From: Octopus vulgaris
Taxonomy: Eukaryota
DNA length: 64,000 bases
Assembly (NCBI GenBank): GCA_951406725.2
Contig: OX597822.1
Coordinates: forward strand, 39,556,001-39,620,000
Direction of reading: 5' to 3'
Numbering within the stretch: the stretch's first letter is position 1; the number at the start of each line of letters is the position of its first letter. This document shows positions 25,951 through 39,201 of this stretch, in pieces. The position numbers and the translations under genes were made by a program. Below the pieces are notes generated by a model. It ran no database searches and was not told where the DNA came from. It worked only from the letters and a program-made list of their open reading frames with translations.

Positions 25951-26821
25951 GCGTAGTCGAAATTGTGATGATGTTTGGTCGATTACTGACGAGGGGTGAC
26001 AGTGTCCACGTCGTTTTACCTTTATTCCGACTATTCCTTCGCCGTCCTTCTGTGCCACAATTTAATATTATGCATACATCTATTTGTGAACACGTGCACA
26101 TTCACACTCATGCACCGAAGTCGTACGTACGTACGTACGTACATACATACCTGTATACATTGACCAAAAGTCGGTTTACAACTTTGGTACTAGGTCAGTG
26201 CTAGTTCAGCAAAACATATGCCTTACCAATTATAAAAGATTAACATGTTTTTTTTGTCTCCACCAGGTCTTGATTAAAATTTCTTATCTCTTTGAATCTC
26301 CAGTGTTGTTTGTCAGAGAAAATTCTCATTTGTCAATGTCATTATTTGAAAATTGCCAAATCAGGGAATTATTTTTACACCAAAACTATGCCTTATTGAG
26401 AGTCTTGGTAATCACGTTGTGCTATACTTTACTGAAAAGTCTTAATAAGACCGAAACGTATCTGCTGTCATTACCATAGTCACCAAAAGTCAAACTCATT
26501 TCTTTTAAAGTCAATTCAATGTCATTTTAAATTTAGGAGTTTTCTTCCCCGTTCCATTCGAGAAGAATTTCTAACTAATTAGTGTTATTATCATTACCAT
26601 TTTCGATCTCAATCGAATAAAAATTCCTGTTCGCTCAATGTGCGACTGTGTTCATGCTCACACACACACACACACACACGCACACACACACACACACACA
26701 CACCCATACCGACATACACACACGCGCATGCACACACACACACGCGCATGCACACACACACACGCGCGCACACACGCGCACGCACACACACATGCATGCA
26801 CACACGCACATACACAGACCC

Positions 26822-27030
26822 TTACTCTCTTTACTCTTTTACTTGTTTCAGTCATTTGACTGCGGCCATGCTGGAGCACCACCTTTTGTCGAGCAAATCG
26901 ACCCCAGGACTTATTCTTTGTAAACCCTAGTACTTATTCTATCGGTCTCTTTTGCCGAACCGCTAAATTACGAGGACGTTAACACACCAGCATTGGTTGT
27001 CAAACGATATTGTAGGGACAAACAGAGACA
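26822..27030 (-). mobile_element. SINE family 1, 3' half
   Basis: cttgtttcagtcatttgactgcggccatgctggagcacc...tagtacttattctatcggtctcttttgccgaaccgct. Confidence 0.85.
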
Positions 27031-27035
27031 CACAA

Positions 27036-27096
<61 letters not shown>

Positions 27097-27123
27097 GTTT
27101 AAAACTCGCCAAGAAGGCTTTGA

Positions 27124-27184
27124 AACCACCTGAAGAATGTCTCAAAGATGTGCTGAAATAAGACATGAAACGATCGTAGTGGTT
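27124..27184 (+). ncRNA. Type I hammerhead ribozyme motif with canonical core
   Basis: AACCAC CUGAAGA AUGUCU (18-nt loop) AGACAU GAAAC GAUC GUA GUGGUU: perfect 6-bp stems I and II, palindromic stem III ACGAUCGU, GUA cleavage triplet. Confidence 0.85.
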
Positions 27185-27286
27185 ATTTATAATTGTTAAA
27201 TTTCTAAATTTATATAAATTAATTTATGTATTGGCTTAAGTCTTTCTTTGTTTGATTTGCATAATAGTGGTTTTCTCTCTAATTAA

Positions 27287-27350
<64 letters not shown>

Positions 27351-27753
27351 TGAAATGCGTTTTTACCGCTTGGTTCGCTTTCAATGCCTCTACATCCCGT
27401 CCGATTCGCTCCAAAATTTACACGGACATGTAGAATGAGGTGACGATGCGCGTGGGCTACCTTAGAAATCCCTAGCTTAAAAGGTGTGGTTGCTAGGGGA
27501 CATCTTCCTACCTCACCCTATTTCCTCCAGTACTCTGTCACTCCTCTTCATTTGACAATGCAACTACCGTTATTTAATGTAAAGTCTTCCTCAAATCACT
27601 CTGTCGCTCTTTACTCTCTTCCAAGAACATTTTCACTCACTCTTATTTCTTACCTTCCTATACATTTTACTCATGTATCTATCAGCGTTCATGGACAGTA
27701 AGAAATATTACATCGCCATCCCCATCGCCATCGCATTCTATTGTCTACCTGTC

Positions 27754-27793
<40 letters not shown>

Positions 27794-27894
27794 CATATAT
27801 CTAATATATTTTTATTTTTATGTTTTTGTTTTTGGTTTTTTACTGTTTCATTTCCCTATTAGTGGTTTGATCTCTAATTTAATTTCTACAGCGT

Positions 27895-27942
<48 letters not shown>

Positions 27943-28194
27943 CACCTATATGTAGCCCCAGTACACCCGAATGAAATCGGGTTCTCTTCATCAAAATGTG
28001 AAAAGGGGTCTACAATTATCATCGCCACAACTTATGTATGTCTTCCTCACTCACTCACTCTTTTTCCTAATGATAATTATCATCGCCACCACCAACACCA
28101 CCAACACACAATCTGGACAATCTTTCTCTTATAACAAATCATGTTTACATTGCAACGACGTCTGCCACCTCCGCCGTCTCTATTTATTCTGCAA

Positions 28195-28476
28195 ATGACC
28201 AGAACTCGGGAAACTTAGTTTAGTGTTCTATGGTCTATGACCAGAACTCGGGAAACTTGGTTGAGTGTTCTATGGTCTATGACCAGAACTCGGGAAACTT
28301 GCTTGACTGTTCTATGGTCTATGACCAGAAATCGGGAAACTTGGTTGAGTGTTCTATGGTCTATGACCAGAACTTGGGAAACTTGCTTGACTGTTCTATG
28401 GTCTATGACCAGAAATCGGGAAACTTGGTTGAGTGTTCTATGGTCTATGACCAGAACTTGGGAAACTTGGTTGAGT
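28195..28476. repeat. 42-bp minisatellite, about 6.7 copies
   Basis: Unit atgaccagaactcgggaaacttggttgagtgttctatggtct starting at 28195, 28237, 28279, 28321, 28363, 28405, 28447. Confidence 0.95.
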
Positions 28477-29159
28477 CCTCATCTTATAAAATGTGGCCCC
28501 AGTAGACCCAAATTAAATCGGGTTATATTAACCAAAAGGTGAAAAGGGGTATAAATGGGGCTGGAAGGGGATTAAAATTTAAAGGAGCGGGTGTTTAGCA
28601 ATTCTCTGTTACATCAAGCTAAAAAATTTGCTCCAGCCTTTTAATCGTCAATGTGTTGCCGTCCATGATGAAGAAGTTTTCAATGCTTGCCATCGTGAGT
28701 CTACTGTCGTGAGAAAGAATCAAGTCAAAACTTGGTTTTTAGGGATTTTCTTTTACATCAAGTTCAAACTTTTACGCCAGCCGTTGAACTGTCAATACGT
28801 TGCTGTCCGTCGTTAAGAAATGCCAGCCATGGTGACTCTACTATCCTCAAATTCTATCCCTTCAAACTTTGCTTTCCAATATTTTATTATTTTTATTCAG
28901 CTCGCAAGTTCGTCTGTCCCTTTTAAATGTTACTGTTTTGCTGTCTGTCTTGAAGCAGACCTTTCCTTTGTAACTGCCTGATATTTATGATTGATCTTTC
29001 TAAATATTTTATTTCTCAACTTACTCAAGATCTTTTGTTGTTTATAAATGGGAGAGAGATACATAAAGATAGAGAGTAAGAGAAAGCGAGGGAGAGTCCG
29101 AGAGAAAGGAAGAGTAAGAGAGTGGGAAAGTGAGAAAGGAGAAAGAAACAAAGAGGGAG

Positions 29160-29161
<2 letters not shown>

Positions 29162-29190
<29 letters not shown>

Positions 29191-29482
29191 GTTTAACGTC
29201 CATTTTCCGTGCTAGCACGGGTTGGACAGTTTGACAGGGGTCTGGGAAGCCAGGAGTCTGCACCAGGCTCCAGTCTGATCTGGCAGTGTTTCGACAGGTG
29301 AATGCCCTTCCTAACGCCAACCACTCTGTGAGCGTAGTGGGTGCTTTTTGTGCCGCCTGCACAGGTGCAAGGGCGGCTGGCAGCGGCCACGATCGGTTGG
29401 TGCTTTTTACGTGCCACCAGCACAGAAGCCAGTCAAGGCGGCGCTGCAATCCGCCACGTTCGGATGGTGCTTTTTACGTGCT
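29162..29482 (-). mobile_element. SINE/RTE-related repeat 3' end with (GAT)n tail
   Basis: Minus: ggttggcgttaggaagggcatt...ccaacccgtgctagcacggaaaatggacgttaaacgatgatgatg; internal repeats of gcacgtaaaaagcacc. Confidence 0.7.
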
Positions 29483-29576
29483 GAAAGGAAGCAACAGAAA
29501 GTAACAACCACACTCTTACCCGCGCGTAGAGCGGGTCACCTTCAGCTAGTATATATATATATACATATACATATAT

Positions 29577-29718
29577 ACGACGGGCTTCTTTCAATTTCCG
29601 CCTACCAAATCCACTCACAAGTCTTTGGTCAGCCCGAGGCTAAAGTAGAAGACACTTGTCCAAGGTGCTACACAGTGGTTGGTAAGCAAGCTACTTACCA
29701 TACAGCCACTCCTGCGCC
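29577..29718 (-). mobile_element. SINE family 1, 5' half
   Basis: Minus ggcgcaggagtggctgtatggtaagtagcttgc. Confidence 0.8.
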
Positions 29719-30084
29719 TATACACACATGTATATATATATATGTCTGTATGCACATATCACATGCATAAACAAACGCATAAACATATATATATGTCACA
29801 AAAATTCGCGTGTACACACACACATGTACACTCATGCATATACATACGCAAACACATACATACATTATACGCACATGCATACATACATACGTATTTATAC
29901 TCACGTATGCACACACTTCCGTACATACATACATACATACATACACACACACACCCCACGCGTACATACATACATACATACACACACCCCACGTGTTCAT
30001 ACATACATACACACACCCCACGCGTACATACATACATACACACACCCCACGCGTATGTACATACAGACATACATATATACCCGC

Positions 30085-31000
30085 ATGTAATCCAGGAACA
30101 GGAAATATCAACCAAGTACCTGATGCACAAAAGGGATAGAGATGCAGGAAAAGCAGTAAAATGTGACAACCGATGCAGATTTTGTGGAGTTCACATTGAG
30201 GATATTACGCACATCATAAGCAGTTGTCCGAAAATGTCATCACGGTATTATCTACCGATGAGACATGATGTAGCTACGACACTCTATAATGAAATCCATC
30301 GGAAGGATAAACATGAGGACAAACAAATAAGAACCCACAGTATGGTAGAGGCCTGAAAAAATGTACCACTGAAAACCTCAGTAAAATGTAAGCACAACAG
30401 ACCTGATATAATGATTTGGGATAAAGAAGAGAAACTGTGCACAGTTGTGGAAATTAGCTGAAGATCGGTGAAAAAGAGAATACCTACGCTGAACTATTGA
30501 GAAATCTGTAGTTACTCTATCCAGATTACAAGTTCCGGTTTATAACTGTAAATATTGGGGCCTTGGTAGATGTAACACACTGCCTAAATACCAATCTTGA
30601 GAACTTAGGTTTCTCAAAATCAGAAGGGAAAAATCTAATTCGAAGTCTACAGATCCAATCCATTACTGGAAATGTAAAAATCTGTAAAACTTTCCAGAAG
30701 TTTATCATTTAAGTAGATAATAGCATGTCTAGATATGTAAGTATATGCATGAGAATACTTACATAAAACAAAACATACAAATCTGCACACATACATACAT
30801 ACATACATACCTACATACATACATACATACATTCATACATACATACATACATACATACATACATACATACATACATACATACATACATACAAGAATACTC
30901 TGTTGTTGATGTTGAAATTCTAATGAAGGAGCCTTGAATCTAGGTTGGAAATCGGCTCTTTCTGTATTGGCAAGAAATCTTGAAATAAAACTTAATAATA
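30085..31000 (+). mobile_element. Degenerate 3' fragment of a further RLE-type non-LTR retrotransposon family
   Basis: IQEQEISTKYL...CRFCGVHIEDITHIISSC...RHD, HNRPDIMIWD, VVEIS; 3' region with (TACA)n. Confidence 0.8.
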
Positions 31001-31423
31001 ATATACACACGTGCATCGTCAGCTCTCTCTGGTTCGAATATTTCTTCTACAGTGCTTCCTCATTTTTGTCGGTGCCTCTAATGGCTGGCAGGAACGATTT
31101 TTGCGTGGAACAATTTTCCACAGAGTTATCATTTAATGGTCATTAGAGACCTTGGATGGAGTGAAAAAAGTACATAGGCCAAGAGACCGGGAGTTATGAT
31201 ATTAACTATCTGAGATTTGAAGATAGGATACAGAGATGCTTCATGGACGTGATAAACAAATATAAAACAGTCATAAATAAAGTCTTAGAACAGTGGGACT
31301 CAACCCTTTTTTTTACCTGTGGACCTCTCTGACTCTTATTATATTCAGGTGGGCCCTCATATCCATTTAATGTTTTAAAAAATCCTATTATATCTTTATA
31401 ATTAAACATTATTAGGAATTGTG

Positions 31424-31518
31424 AAGGCGCATGGCTCAGTGGTTAGAGCGTCGGGCTCACGATAATGAAGTAGTGAGTTCGATTCCCGACCGGGCTGTGT
31501 GTTGTGTTCTTGAGCAAG
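31424..31518 (+). mobile_element. tRNA-derived SINE head (family 4)
   Basis: A box tggctcagtggttag, B box gagttcgattccc, followed by tgtgttcttgagcaag rather than a tRNA 3' acceptor strand. Confidence 0.75.
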
Positions 31519-32419
31519 AAATGAAGTCAGTGAGGGGCAATTTGAATTTAGGGCTAACAGAGGCACAAGAGAGAAATGTAAGAAAAAAAAAGTAAACTTA
31601 CCTTCTCGAGTCATAGTGACTCATAAGGTCGGGTTCCCGGTTTTAATGACGTATAAATTCCCCACCTGGGCAGGATGCTGGTCTGTCGCAGGGTTATTCA
31701 TTTTTGCCAGCTGAGTGGATTGCGGCAACGTGAAATGAAGTGTTTTGCTCAAGAACACAACGCGTTGCCTGGCTGCGAATTTTTTTTCCTACAAGAGTTC
31801 CGGACCCCAGTAATGAACTCATTTGCATACAGCCAATCAGCGATCCCCTTGACCTTGTTGTTAAGTTAACAAACACACTCTACTAAGTAAACTCAAGACG
31901 AAGAACGGTGTTCTAAGTCGACCGATCGCCAAGTTATGCTTGATTTTAGAAGGAGACAATTAGATTTGCATCTATACCTATTATCGAATTTTGTAAGGGC
32001 CCCATTTGGTAAAGATGCGGATGGGAAAAATTTGGGTAGAGGGTGATGTGCTAGCAATCCTCTCCCCTACTGTTTTACAAAGTAAACAACAGAAAATAAC
32101 TACGCAGAGTCAGCCATGGTTGAAAGAAGAACAAGAACAACAAGCATTCTTAAAAGACAAAAGAAGCATGGTCATTCCTTACTCAAGTGACCTAGTCTTA
32201 TCGCCATCACTTATGCGCTCATTAATTAGTTTGATAGCTGAGCTCTACTTGGCTGTATGCAAATGGGTTCATAACTGGGGTCCGGAACTCTCGTGGGAAA
32301 AAATTCGCTGCCCAGTCAAGGAATCGAAATCACAATCTTACGACCATGAGTCAAACATCCTAACCACTAAGCCACGCGCTCCCATTGACGTACAAGAGAT
32401 ACCATATTCTGCTTCAAGA

Positions 32420-32935
32420 ATCTAGCACACAAGCAAATGAAAAGATAGAAAGATGTATTTGTTTGCTTCGTATGTTATGTCAAGGCATTTGAGTGCGAAC
32501 ACCAAAGAGAGTTCAACATCTCTTAGAAAAATCCCGCTTAAAAGGAAAAGATATCAAAATTATGAGTGTGTTATACTGGAAGCAAAAAGCGGTCATCAAA
32601 ATTAACGATATATTGTCAGATCAAGCAGAGATTAAATGCGGTATAAGACAAAATGAATGTTATCACCATACGTATTTAATATCTAAGCTGAGTATATATT
32701 CAGAGTCAGATGAAGTCAAAGGATACGCAGTCAATGAGATGAACATAAACGATATAAGATTTGCTGATGATGCAGTGTTATTGGCAGAGAGCAATAAGGA
32801 ATTGAAAGAAACTGTTGAGATTGTAAAAGAGCCAAGTGACAAGAAAGGCTTAAAGATGAATATCCCCCACCCAAAGACAGAGACAATGGTTATTAGTAAG
32901 AGAAAAGGCGAGGAAGCAAATTTAGCGCTAATTCT
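32420..32935 (+). pseudogene. Degenerate RTE-clade RT fragment
   Basis: KDIKIMSVLYWKQKA...GIRQ...IRFADDAVLLAES...GLKMN...TMVISK; further remnants near 33940-34040 (EMWAFRR). Confidence 0.8.
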
Positions 32936-32937
32936 TT

Positions 32938-33099
32938 AGGCGCAGGCATGGCTGTGTGGTATGAAGCTTGCTTCACAACCACATGGTTCCGGGTTCAGTT
33001 CCAATGTGTGGCACCTTGGGCAAGTGTTTTCTACTGAAGTCTCGGCCCGACTAAAGCCTTGTGAGTAGATTTGGTAGACGGAAATTGAAAAGGAACTCG

Positions 33100-33142
<43 letters not shown>

Positions 33143-33340
33143 TGTGTGTGTGTTAGTGTGTGTGTGTGTCTTTGTGTTTGTCGCCCACCACAGTTCGAAA
33201 ATCGGTGTTGGTGTGCTTACGTATTCGTAATTTAGCGTTTCGGCTTTAAAAAAATAATCACTGGAGTTGAGTCATTCACCTAGAAATTCAAGGTGTTGCC
33301 CCAGCATGGCCTCAGTTTAATGACTGAAAATGTGAAAGAA
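32938..33340 (+). mobile_element. SINE family 1 copy (older subfamily)
   Basis: ggcgcaggcatggctgtgtggt head, internal (GT)n, tgccccagcatggcctcag tail. Confidence 0.85.
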
Positions 33341-33366
33341 AGGAAACTGGAACAATACATACATAT

Positions 33367-33459
<93 letters not shown>

Positions 33460-33714
33460 TAATATAGGTTAAAATTTCCGAAAAATTTTATGAATGGCCA
33501 GCATATTAAAAAATATCTTTAAAGGTTGCTCTTGTTTATAAGATATATATATATATATAACAGAAAACTTCAAGCGTTTAGAAGAAATAGTAAATCAGGA
33601 AAGTCACAGTGATAAATTATCTGCTCAAAGAACAAGTAAGGCTAAAACTACATTTATAAGAAGGAAAACAATCTTCACATGAAAAAACATAAAAAAGCAC
33701 CTAAACTTGATTTC

Positions 33715-33910
33715 AGATTTTGGAACAAGGCCTGCGATTTAGGAGGAGGAGGTAAGACGATTATATAGACGCCGATGTTCAACAGGTACTTACTTTATCA
33801 ACCTAGAAAGGATGAAAAGCAAAGTTAGCCTCTACGGAATTTGAGCTCAGACGGGCAAAATGCCGATAAGCATTTTGGCCGGCGTGCTGCAGTTTCTGCT
33901 AGTCCGCAGC
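33715..33910 (-). mobile_element. SINE family 2 copy
   Basis: ggtacttactttatc...gaaaggatgaaaagcaaagt...ggaatttgagctcaga...ggccggcgtgct. Confidence 0.7.
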
Positions 33911-34077
33911 CTTACACTGCACCTAAAACCGAAGCTAGTAAACTGTTGTATTATGCCAATTGTCTGTTAGGTGTCAGAAACTTGGGCACTGTATGCAGCA
34001 GATAGACGCCTTTGAGATGTGGGCCTTTCGCAGATTCGGCAGAAAGTGGAAAGACCGGAAACAAAAGTTGCAATAAT

Positions 34078-34610
34078 ATAGGGTATTCAAAAAGTCTCTC
34101 CGCAGTAAGTATTTTACGGCAAAATAAATATTTATAGATGGTATAAGACTACAAAAGATTATATTAGACTTTACAAGACTTGAAAAAACTTTAAAAGAGG
34201 TGTTGAAAGTGTCGTCCTTCATTTTAAATGCATAAGTTGACTCTTCTACACATGTTTTGAAATGCATCTAGGAGGGTCTGACGTGGTATGGACCGTGTGA
34301 AGATTATGATTGCGTCTTTTAGCTCATTAATGGTTTTCGGACGATTCTTGTACACTGATTCTTAACTTGCTCTCCAGAAAAAAAAGTCTGGCGGTGTTAA
34401 ATCAGGTGACCTTGGTGGCCAAAGCCCCTTCGAAATAATCCGTTTATCGAAAAACTCTTGAAGTAGCACAATGGTGAAGTATGTGCTGTAGCTCTATCTT
34501 GCTGAACGTATGTGTTATTAATTTCACTTTCAGTGAGTTGGTCTACAAATGGACAGACAATATTTGAGCATCATCTCTCGGTGTTGATGGTGTCTTCAAA
34601 TATTCACTGC
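34078..34610 (-). mobile_element. Tc1/mariner-superfamily transposase 3' fragment
   Basis: Minus translation gives QQDRATAHTS and WPPRSPDLTPPDFFF; terminus beside TA at about 34078. Confidence 0.75.
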
Positions 34611-34616
34611 GGAGAG

Positions 34617-34662
<46 letters not shown>

Positions 34663-34905
34663 ATGTATGTATGTATGTATGTAATATTGTGTTTTGTGTT
34701 TTGTTTTTCGTTCTATCCTTGGTTGTTTTATTGTTTTATGATTTTATTTAATGTTTTTCATTTCTTGATTCCCTTATTTATTTTCTATTTATTCTATTTT
34801 TGATTCTTTGTTAGACAACTGATTATAAGAGAATTGTTCTTCATTTTAACTCAAGTTTCTCGTGTATGTGAATAGTTACAGACAACTAGCAAAATGTATT
34901 ATAAT

Positions 34906-35010
34906 GTCACCTGACGAGATACATTTGCACGAATGATGCACTACAACTGTTTGTACAGCATCTCACTTGCAGGGGACCGATGCACGAAGGGTCGAAACGA
35001 TCGTAGTGAT
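34906..35010 (+). ncRNA. Type I hammerhead motif with long branched stem II
   Basis: GUCAC CUGACGA GAU...(about 70 nt)...GUC GAAAC GAUC GUA GUGAU; same GAAACGAUCGUAGUG 3' half as 27124; AATAAA directly downstream. Confidence 0.7.
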
Positions 35011-35214
35011 TAATAAAGAATCTCATGAATTCCATTTTATTTATCTTCCTGTCATGTTATAAACCCTACGGACACTAAGGATTTTCTGATGTAAATCCAG
35101 TGGCATTTAATCTATACTGTTGATGACATCATGCAGCCGAATACAGTGAATGGTCTTTATAAACGGCCTAATCCAAGGTGCATACCTAAATTTAAAATTA
35201 TAGTATCATAAATG

Positions 35215-35282
<68 letters not shown>

Positions 35283-35454
35283 GACGGATTGTGTCCACCA
35301 TTCAAGGTCAAATACAGTTCATTAACTCCCTAAATTCATCCCCAAAGTCTCTGTAGACCGAAGGCCAGGAAGAAACTTACTAAAGATATCGTGTAAGGGG
35401 ATTTTATGGTACGTCTATTATAGTAGAGTAAATGTGTTAGGCACACGATTATAT

Positions 35455-35655
35455 CCGAGAAGCACGCCAGGTGAAATGTTTAGCGGTATTTCGTCTGTCT
35501 TTACGTTCTGAGTTCAAATTCCGCCGAGGTCGACTTTGCTTTTCAACCTCCGGGGTCGATAAAATTAAGTACCAGTTGCGTACTAGGGTCGATCTAATCA
35601 ACTGGCCCCCAACTCCCGCCCCCCAAATTTCGGGCGTTGTGTCTAGAGGGGAAAA
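35455..35655 (+). mobile_element. SINE family 2 copy
   Basis: agcacgccaggtgaaatgtttagcggtatttcg...gagttcaaattccgccgaggtcgactttgc...ggggtcgataaaattaagtaccag. Confidence 0.8.
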
Positions 35656-35838
35656 GTTCAGTTGCGAGGAGCCAATGGCTCAGTGGTTTGGGTATTTGGT
35701 TTAAAATACGTTTGATTGCCGGCGGCTCATTGTGGCCTTGAGCAAGACTCTTTATTTTGCATTGCTGCAGTCCATTCAGCTGGCAAAAAATGAGTTGTAC
35801 CTGTTATTCAAGCGTTCAACGTTTCGTTAAATCTCTTT

Positions 35839-36352
<514 letters not shown>

Positions 36353-37344
36353 ACCCTTGTCTGTGGAGTGTTCAGCCACTTGAAAGTTAATTTCATGCGC
36401 AGGCTGTTCCGTCGATTGGACCAACTGGGATGCTCGTCGTCGTAACCGACGGAGTGCCAGTTAACGTAGAAGATCTAACATTGTGGAAACCTGTCAGATT
36501 TCCGAGAAGGATGGCAAAGTTTGAAGGAGTCCAAATTGGATTTGCTGTTTACGATTATATGGAAGCATTTGAACCAGCCAACTGGTTTGATAAGAAGCTA
36601 AATGTCGCCAAGAGTAAGAAGAATTAGTTTCTGGGTGTGTGTCTATTGCAAGAATGGTGGTGGTGATATTGGTGGTGATGGTAGTAGTGGTGGTGGTGGT
36701 GGTGGTGATGGATATTGAAAGAGCGAGAACAGGTGTATGATGCCCTTAGGTGATCGGTGTTCATTACTATGAGTCGAACAATAAATACAAGGGGAACATG
36801 GAATAGCTGAAGCAGCTTTCGTTAATAGCAATCGGAGTGACTCTAAACCCAAAGTCCGTGAACGATGATTAGTTTTCTTTACACGATGAAAGGAAACGGC
36901 ACCATTAGATAGATACCTTGGAAAGGAATTATAAAATTTCTTTCTGGAAGAATTCAAAGGAAGGTTGCTTTTTGTCTTCTTGTTAGCTTTAGTCAATCAC
37001 GAGAGAGAGCGAGAATGCCAAAGAAGTAGCAGATGTACTCCTGGAAAAGTACTTTATTTATCGATCCTGAAAAAATCGAAGAATAAAGTTGACTCCAGTT
37101 GGGCCTTAGAAACATGCGGCGCCTGGAGAATTCAGTTCACTGGATTCTTTATTGTTTACCCACAAAATACATAGAACAGCATTGGCCCCTGGACAACTGA
37201 GATCCCTAGCAAATCAATGTGCTGACTCCTATTCTATTCATATATTTGAACTTGGAATATAGACAACATATCCACAAGGCATTTCGTTCGGTGCGCTACC
37301 GACTCTGCCAGTTCTTCCACTGTTCTCTCCCAACAAATATTTGA

Positions 37345-37490
37345 CTTCAAATTTTGTCACAAGGCCATCAATTTCAGGGGAAGTGTGACTCGATTGCATT
37401 GACCCTAGTTCTCAACTGGTACTTAGTTTATCGATCCTCGAATGGCTGAAAGGTAAAGTCGACCTCGGCGGAATTTGAACTCAGAACGTT
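37345..37490 (-). mobile_element. SINE family 2 copy
   Basis: caactggtacttagttt...aaagtcgacctcggcggaatttgaactcagaacgt. Confidence 0.75.
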
Positions 37491-38099
37491 ACCATTAATA
37501 TTTTAATAGGCTTAGCCATAAGACTGTTGCTCTCATGGAGTGGCCTCTTCAATGGTATAACTCCCACCACGCCAATACTATTATAGACCTAGGATTTGAA
37601 CGCAGAACTTAAAAGTGCATAAGCAAAAAGTACATGAGAATTTTTCAGTTGCTCCACCGATTTTACCGAGACTGTGTGTATCACGTTGACCTACACGTTA
37701 AACACCCATACTCGCTGCTCTTACCAATCGAAGAGTCGGGGGGTGCGGCAGCGGAATCAAACTGATAAAGTCCGACAGAACCGTTGATCCAATGAAAACA
37801 AATTGACTAAGAAGATAAAAATGTTAACCTCCAGATAATTAGTTACGATGTTCAATACACAGTTCGTGAGTACTATGGTCGCCGTGCAGACACAGGGGTG
37901 AAGGAACGGAGTAGGCTTCAAGCTAACGACACCCATCCCTTACACACCCTGCCATCTATACTCATCAATAGTTGGCTGTGTGTGTATAATATATTTGATT
38001 TGTTTATAATTAGAGATTCGTATGTGCACCCGACACTAAGTACAATAGACTGCTTGATCTGAACTTTCTTATGATGCAAACCGTTTAGATCAATTGACT

Positions 38100-38134
38100 T
38101 CACACGAACACGCACACGCACACACACACACACA

Positions 38135-38168
<34 letters not shown>

Positions 38169-38682
38169 TTTTTTAATGAATATATATATCTATGCATATA
38201 TATGTGTGTGTATATGTATATGTATATATATATATGTATATATATATATATGTATATACACCATATATATATATATACATATATATATATGGTGTATATA
38301 CATATATATATAGTTAGGTAGATAGATAGACAGATAGATATAACGACAGACAGACATACATATACGCATATATGTGAGTGTCTTATATTTATATAAATAC
38401 ATAAACACATGCGCAGACACGCAAGAACACATACGTGCAAGTGTGTTTGTGTACGAACATGTATGTATATATGAATGTATACACATATACGCATGTATAT
38501 ACACAGTGGTGAGTATTGTTTTTTTTCAACTTCTTAGATATTCTACTATTTTTATCTGCCTTTTGTGTTGTTGTTTTCGCAGCACTTTGTTCATGTGTGT
38601 GCGTGTGTTTGCATGAGTATGTGCGTATGAATGCGTGTGAATGCGTGCACATATACGGATACATATATACATATATACATAT

Positions 38683-38722
<40 letters not shown>

Positions 38723-38754
38723 ATATATATAATATATATGTATATATACATATA

Positions 38755-38813
<59 letters not shown>

Positions 38814-38928
38814 TTGTGCAACCAAATATAAGCGCATACGCATACACATATACATACGTAGTTATATATGCATATACATATATGTATATATATAAATAAA
38901 TATACACACATATATATATACATATATC

Positions 38929-38984
<56 letters not shown>

Positions 38985-39027
38985 TATATATATACATATT
39001 TATATGTATATATATATATACAAATAG

Positions 39028-39068
<41 letters not shown>

Positions 39069-39162
39069 TATATATATACATATTTATATGTATATATATA
39101 CATATACATACATACAGTGCATAACGTTGCGTATGACTCACATTCTCCATCCATGTCTGTGA

Positions 39163-39201
<39 letters not shown>

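Larger units (their letters stand above)
27340..29549 (+). mobile_element. Non-autonomous Helitron carrying a minisatellite and a nested SINE
   Basis: 3' hairpin acccgc-gcgtaga-gcgggt then CTAG|T at 29546-29550; 5' region resembles the 5' of the other Helitron (ccgattcgctccaaaatttacac vs ccaatttcattcaaattttacac); exact 5' end hidden in (TA)n. Confidence 0.65.

Noticed and set aside
28195-28476. CRISPR-like array of hairpin repeats
   Set aside because: Units are contiguous with no unique spacers, there are no cas genes, and the context is eukaryotic; it is a minisatellite
28230-28542. Repeat-protein ORFs (MVYDQNSGNLVECS)n
   Set aside because: Open only because the unit is 42 bp; two frames are equally open; no splice or gene context
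31424-31500. tRNA gene (also 43427 and other SINE heads)
   Set aside because: A and B boxes present but no complete cloverleaf or acceptor stem; continues into SINE body
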